Positions 61,052 through 64,000 of a stretch of DNA of 64,000 nt are shown one piece after another. A program made the position numbers and the translations under genes. The notes below the pieces were generated by a model. It worked only from the letters and a program-made list of their open reading frames with translations, did not search any database and had not been told where the DNA came from. Source of the stretch: an uncultured delta proteobacterium (GTDB taxonomy: Bacteria > Desulfobacterota > Binatia > UBA9968); contig CAWJZV010000007.1 of the NCBI GenBank assembly GCA_963847445.1, positions 160,001-224,000 of the forward strand, read 5' to 3'. Each line of letters starts with the position of its first letter. Position 1 is the first letter of the stretch.

Positions 61052-61913
61052 AGGACTCAGCGCGCTCATTCCCGCCGCGCCGGAATCTGCCACAGTCGAA
61101 ACGACGTCCAAGGCAGTTCGCCCAAACAAGTTGCCGTCGATCGGATTACCACCAGTCCGTTTCAGCCAAGACGCAGCTTTCGACGAAGCTAAGATTGCTG
61201 AACTCGCATCGTCGATTCGCAATCAGGGCATAATTCAGCCGTTGATCGTTCGCCCCAAGAATGACGGCTTCGAGCTGATTGCCGGCGAGCGCCGTTGGCG
61301 CGCCGCCATGCGCGCCGGCTTGAGCCATGTGCCGGTCGTGGTCCGTGACGCCAGCGATCATGAGGCGATGCAAATCGCCCTGGTGGAAAATCTCCAGCGC
61401 GAAGATCTCAATTCCATCGAGGAGGCGAACGGCTATCGTCGCTTGCAGGATGAATTTCATTGGAGCCAGGAAGAGATGGCCGAGAAGGTTGGCAAGAGCC
61501 GCCCGGCGATCGCCAATTCAATGCGGCTGCTCACACTGCCGAGCGAAGTTCAGCAAGAGGTCATCTCCGGCAATCTACCGGCCGGACAAGCGCGGGCGCT
61601 ATTAGGCCTGCACACCGAACCGCTGATAATCTCGGCCTGCCGCGAGGTCATTTCGAAAGGTCTGTCGACGCGTGAAACTGAAAAGATGGTGCGCACGCTC
61701 TTGGTTGGGCGGCGACGGCGGCGACAGGCGCCGCTACTTGATCCTGATCTCAAATCGATCGTCGAAGAATTGCAGCGAACTTTGGGAACCCGCGTCCGCC
61801 TGATGCCCAAAGCAAGGAGCGCCAAAGGAAAAGTTGAGATCGAATATTATTCCGCGGCGGATCTCGAACGGATCGTCGAGACGATCACCAAAAAATTGAT
61901 TGTCTCGTCGTAA
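61023..61913 (+). CDS. parB: Chromosome partitioning protein ParB/Spo0J
   Basis: GLGRGL-x-ALI, GIIQP, IAGERRWRA, ENLQREDL, HTH GKSR; the SPFQPR motif sits in another frame near 61155 (compensating indels). Confidence 0.95.
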   Translation: MPMQKKGLGRGLSALIPAAPESATVETTSKAVRPNKLPSIGLPPVRFSQDAAFDEAKIAELASSIRNQGIIQPLIVRPKNDGFELIAGERRWRAAMRAGLSHVPVVVRDASDHEAMQIALVENLQREDLNSIEEANGYRRLQDEFHWSQEEMAEKVGKSRPAIANSMRLLTLPSEVQQEVISGNLPAGQARALLGLHTEPLIISACREVISKGLSTRETEKMVRTLLVGRRRRRQAPLLDPDLKSIVEELQRTLGTRVRLMPKARSAKGKVEIEYYSAADLERIVETITKKLIVSS

Positions 61914-62089
61914 ATCCTACGCAGCGTCGTCGCATCCGCGATCAATACTCATTCGCGATTCGCTGACCCGTCCCAAAGGACAGTCTCCCCACCCGGTTTA
62001 ATCATTCTGCCGGGAAAGCAATCCCAAAAGGCACGCCTTCGCGCCGGAGGGTTGCGCGTCGATTGCTGTTGCACCACGAATGATCCGGA

Positions 62090-64000
62090 TTAACTCTCAA
62101 GCAGTGGTTTTAATTCATCCCAACTTGTCACCGGTGCCGAGCAGGTCGAGTCATGGCACACGTAGACCGTCGGGTTTCCGCCAACTTGTGATTTTCCCCG
62201 CAACAACGGCGATAGCTTCTCCAGCGATTCATTGGGACGCGCCAGCTGAAGCGTCATGTTCGGTTGGTAGACCGAATGGATCTTCGTCAACAACTCCTCG
62301 ACTCGCACGTCACCTCGTTCGCCAATGATCACGACCTCTTTGGGTTTCTCCAGGTACAAATCCAAGGCGCATAACAAATGCGCGAAACCGAACGGCTGGT
62401 TCTCCATGGCGTCATAGTAAGAGCGCAGCACTTTTTCCGCATGGTGAAAATAGCGCTCCTCTCCGGTGATATGGGACAAGCGCAGCAACAGCTGCGTCGC
62501 CATCGCGTTGCCCGAGGGAATCGACGCATCGAAGATCGGTTTGGCCCGGCTGATCAGTTTCTCATGCGAATTGCCGGTGGAGAAAAACCCGCCGTCCTGT
62601 TCGTCCCAAAATTCCCGCAGCATGATCTCAGCGAGTTCAATCGCCCGCGCCAATGCCGAACGGTCAAATAGCGCCTCATAGATATCAAGCAAGCCGACCG
62701 CCGTGAATGCGTAGTCATCGAGGTAACCCAACAGCTTCGCCTGGCCGTTTTTGTAGGTGTGCAAAAGAAAACCGTCACGAAATAATTTTGTAAAAATAAA
62801 CTCGATGGTGCGCTGCGCCGCATCAATATATGCAGGTTGCGGAGAAATCTTGATCGCCTCAGCCAGCCCGGAAAGCATCAGCCCGTTCCATGCGGTGATA
62901 ATTTTCTCGTCGCGAAACGGCTTGATGCGTTTTTCGCGCTCGATGAACAGTTTTTGCTTCGCGTGCAGCGATGACCCGTTCGATCTCACCCAGCTCCATG
63001 CGAAAATACTTGCTCGCCTGTTCGAGGGTAAGAATCGGATGGATAATATTCTTCTCTTCGAAGTTACCGCTCTCGCTGACATCGTAGATCCGGCAAAAGA
63101 TCGCGCCGTCGACTTCACCGAGAATTTGCATGACCTCGGCTTCGCTCCAGACGAAGAATTTTCCTTCAACGCCTTCGCTGTCGGCGTCCTGCGTCGAATA
63201 AAACCCGCCTTCAGGCTGAAACATCTCGCGCAGCAGATAAGTCACAGTTTCGTCGACGACTGCTTTGAACAGCGGCTCCCGGGTGGCCTTGAACGCATGC
63301 GCATAAATACGCACCAGCTGGCCATTGTCGTAGAGCATTTTTTCAAAATGCGGCACCAGCCATTTGGCATCGACGGAGTAGCGATGAAAGCCGCCGCCAA
63401 GGTGATCGTAGATGCCGCCACGAGCCATCTTGGTCAGAGTCTGCGTGACCATCTCCAGATATCGCGAACTGTTTGAGTGATGGTAGTGGCGCAAGAACAG
63501 TTCATAGACGCCGGCATTGGGAAACTTGGGCGCTTGGCCGAGACCGCCGTTATCGGCGTCATAAGCCTGGGCAACTTTCGCCGCACCCTCGGCAATGATC
63601 GTCTTGGAAAATGTTTTGTCAGTCTCCGCGGACTCCGCCATGCGCTGCAATGCGCCGAGAATCTCCGTGACACTCTTCTCGACATCCGCGGGACGTTCGC
63701 GATAGGCTTGATTCACTCCCATGAGCACCCGCGCAAAGCCCGGCATGCCGCCCCGGTCCTCCGGCGGAAAATAGGTACCGCCATAAAAGGGCTTGCGATC
63801 CGGCGTCAGAAACATGGTCATCGGCCAACCGCCGCGCCCGGTGAGCATTTGCACCGCGCTCATATAAATCTCATCGAGATCCGGGCGCTCTTCCCGGTCG
63901 ACCTTGATATTGACGAACAGCTCGTTCATCAAGCGCGCGATCTCTTCGTTCTCGAAAGATTCGCGCTCCATCACATGACACCAGTGACAGGCGGAATAGC
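62090..64000 (-). CDS. Thioredoxin-domain protein YyaL/SSP411 (DUF255), 5' end outside window, frameshift near 62970
   Basis: [54 protein letters not shown]-x-EG, WNGL. Confidence 0.93.

Overview
Bacterial chromosomal window, GC-rich with AT-richer inserts. The gene content (many stand-alone NMT1/THI5-type and TctC/Bug binding proteins, UbiD, amidohydrolases, LLM oxidoreductase, ornithine-cyclodeaminase-like genes) resembles Candidatus Binatia/Deltaproteobacteria; this is inference. The right end carries origin-proximal genes mnmE-mnmG-parA-parB with two parS sites and no rsmG. From about 4.3 to 37 kb is an accessory zone. In it, unrelated cargo genes (a TIGR04255 + hypothetical + papain-like triad, a PIN protein, two HEPN proteins, SHOCT lipoproteins, a His-ringed beta-propeller, an adenylate cyclase, TIR-like genes, a DUF433/PIN TA pair) alternate with remnants of REP-associated tyrosine transposase (RAYT) genes, REPIN-like inverted-repeat elements and collapsed fragments of neighbouring genes. 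This RAYT-punctuated, cassette-like array is the main candidate for an undescribed system. A complete IS4 with a 9-bp target duplication interrupts one HEPN gene. A possible sulfur-oxidation cluster lies at 42-50 kb. Many genes, including mnmE, mnmG and parB, carry 1-nt indels, most likely long-read sequencing errors, so pseudogene calls are uncertain. No rRNA, tRNA or CRISPR array was recognised. All family calls come from motif recognition by eye, not database searches.
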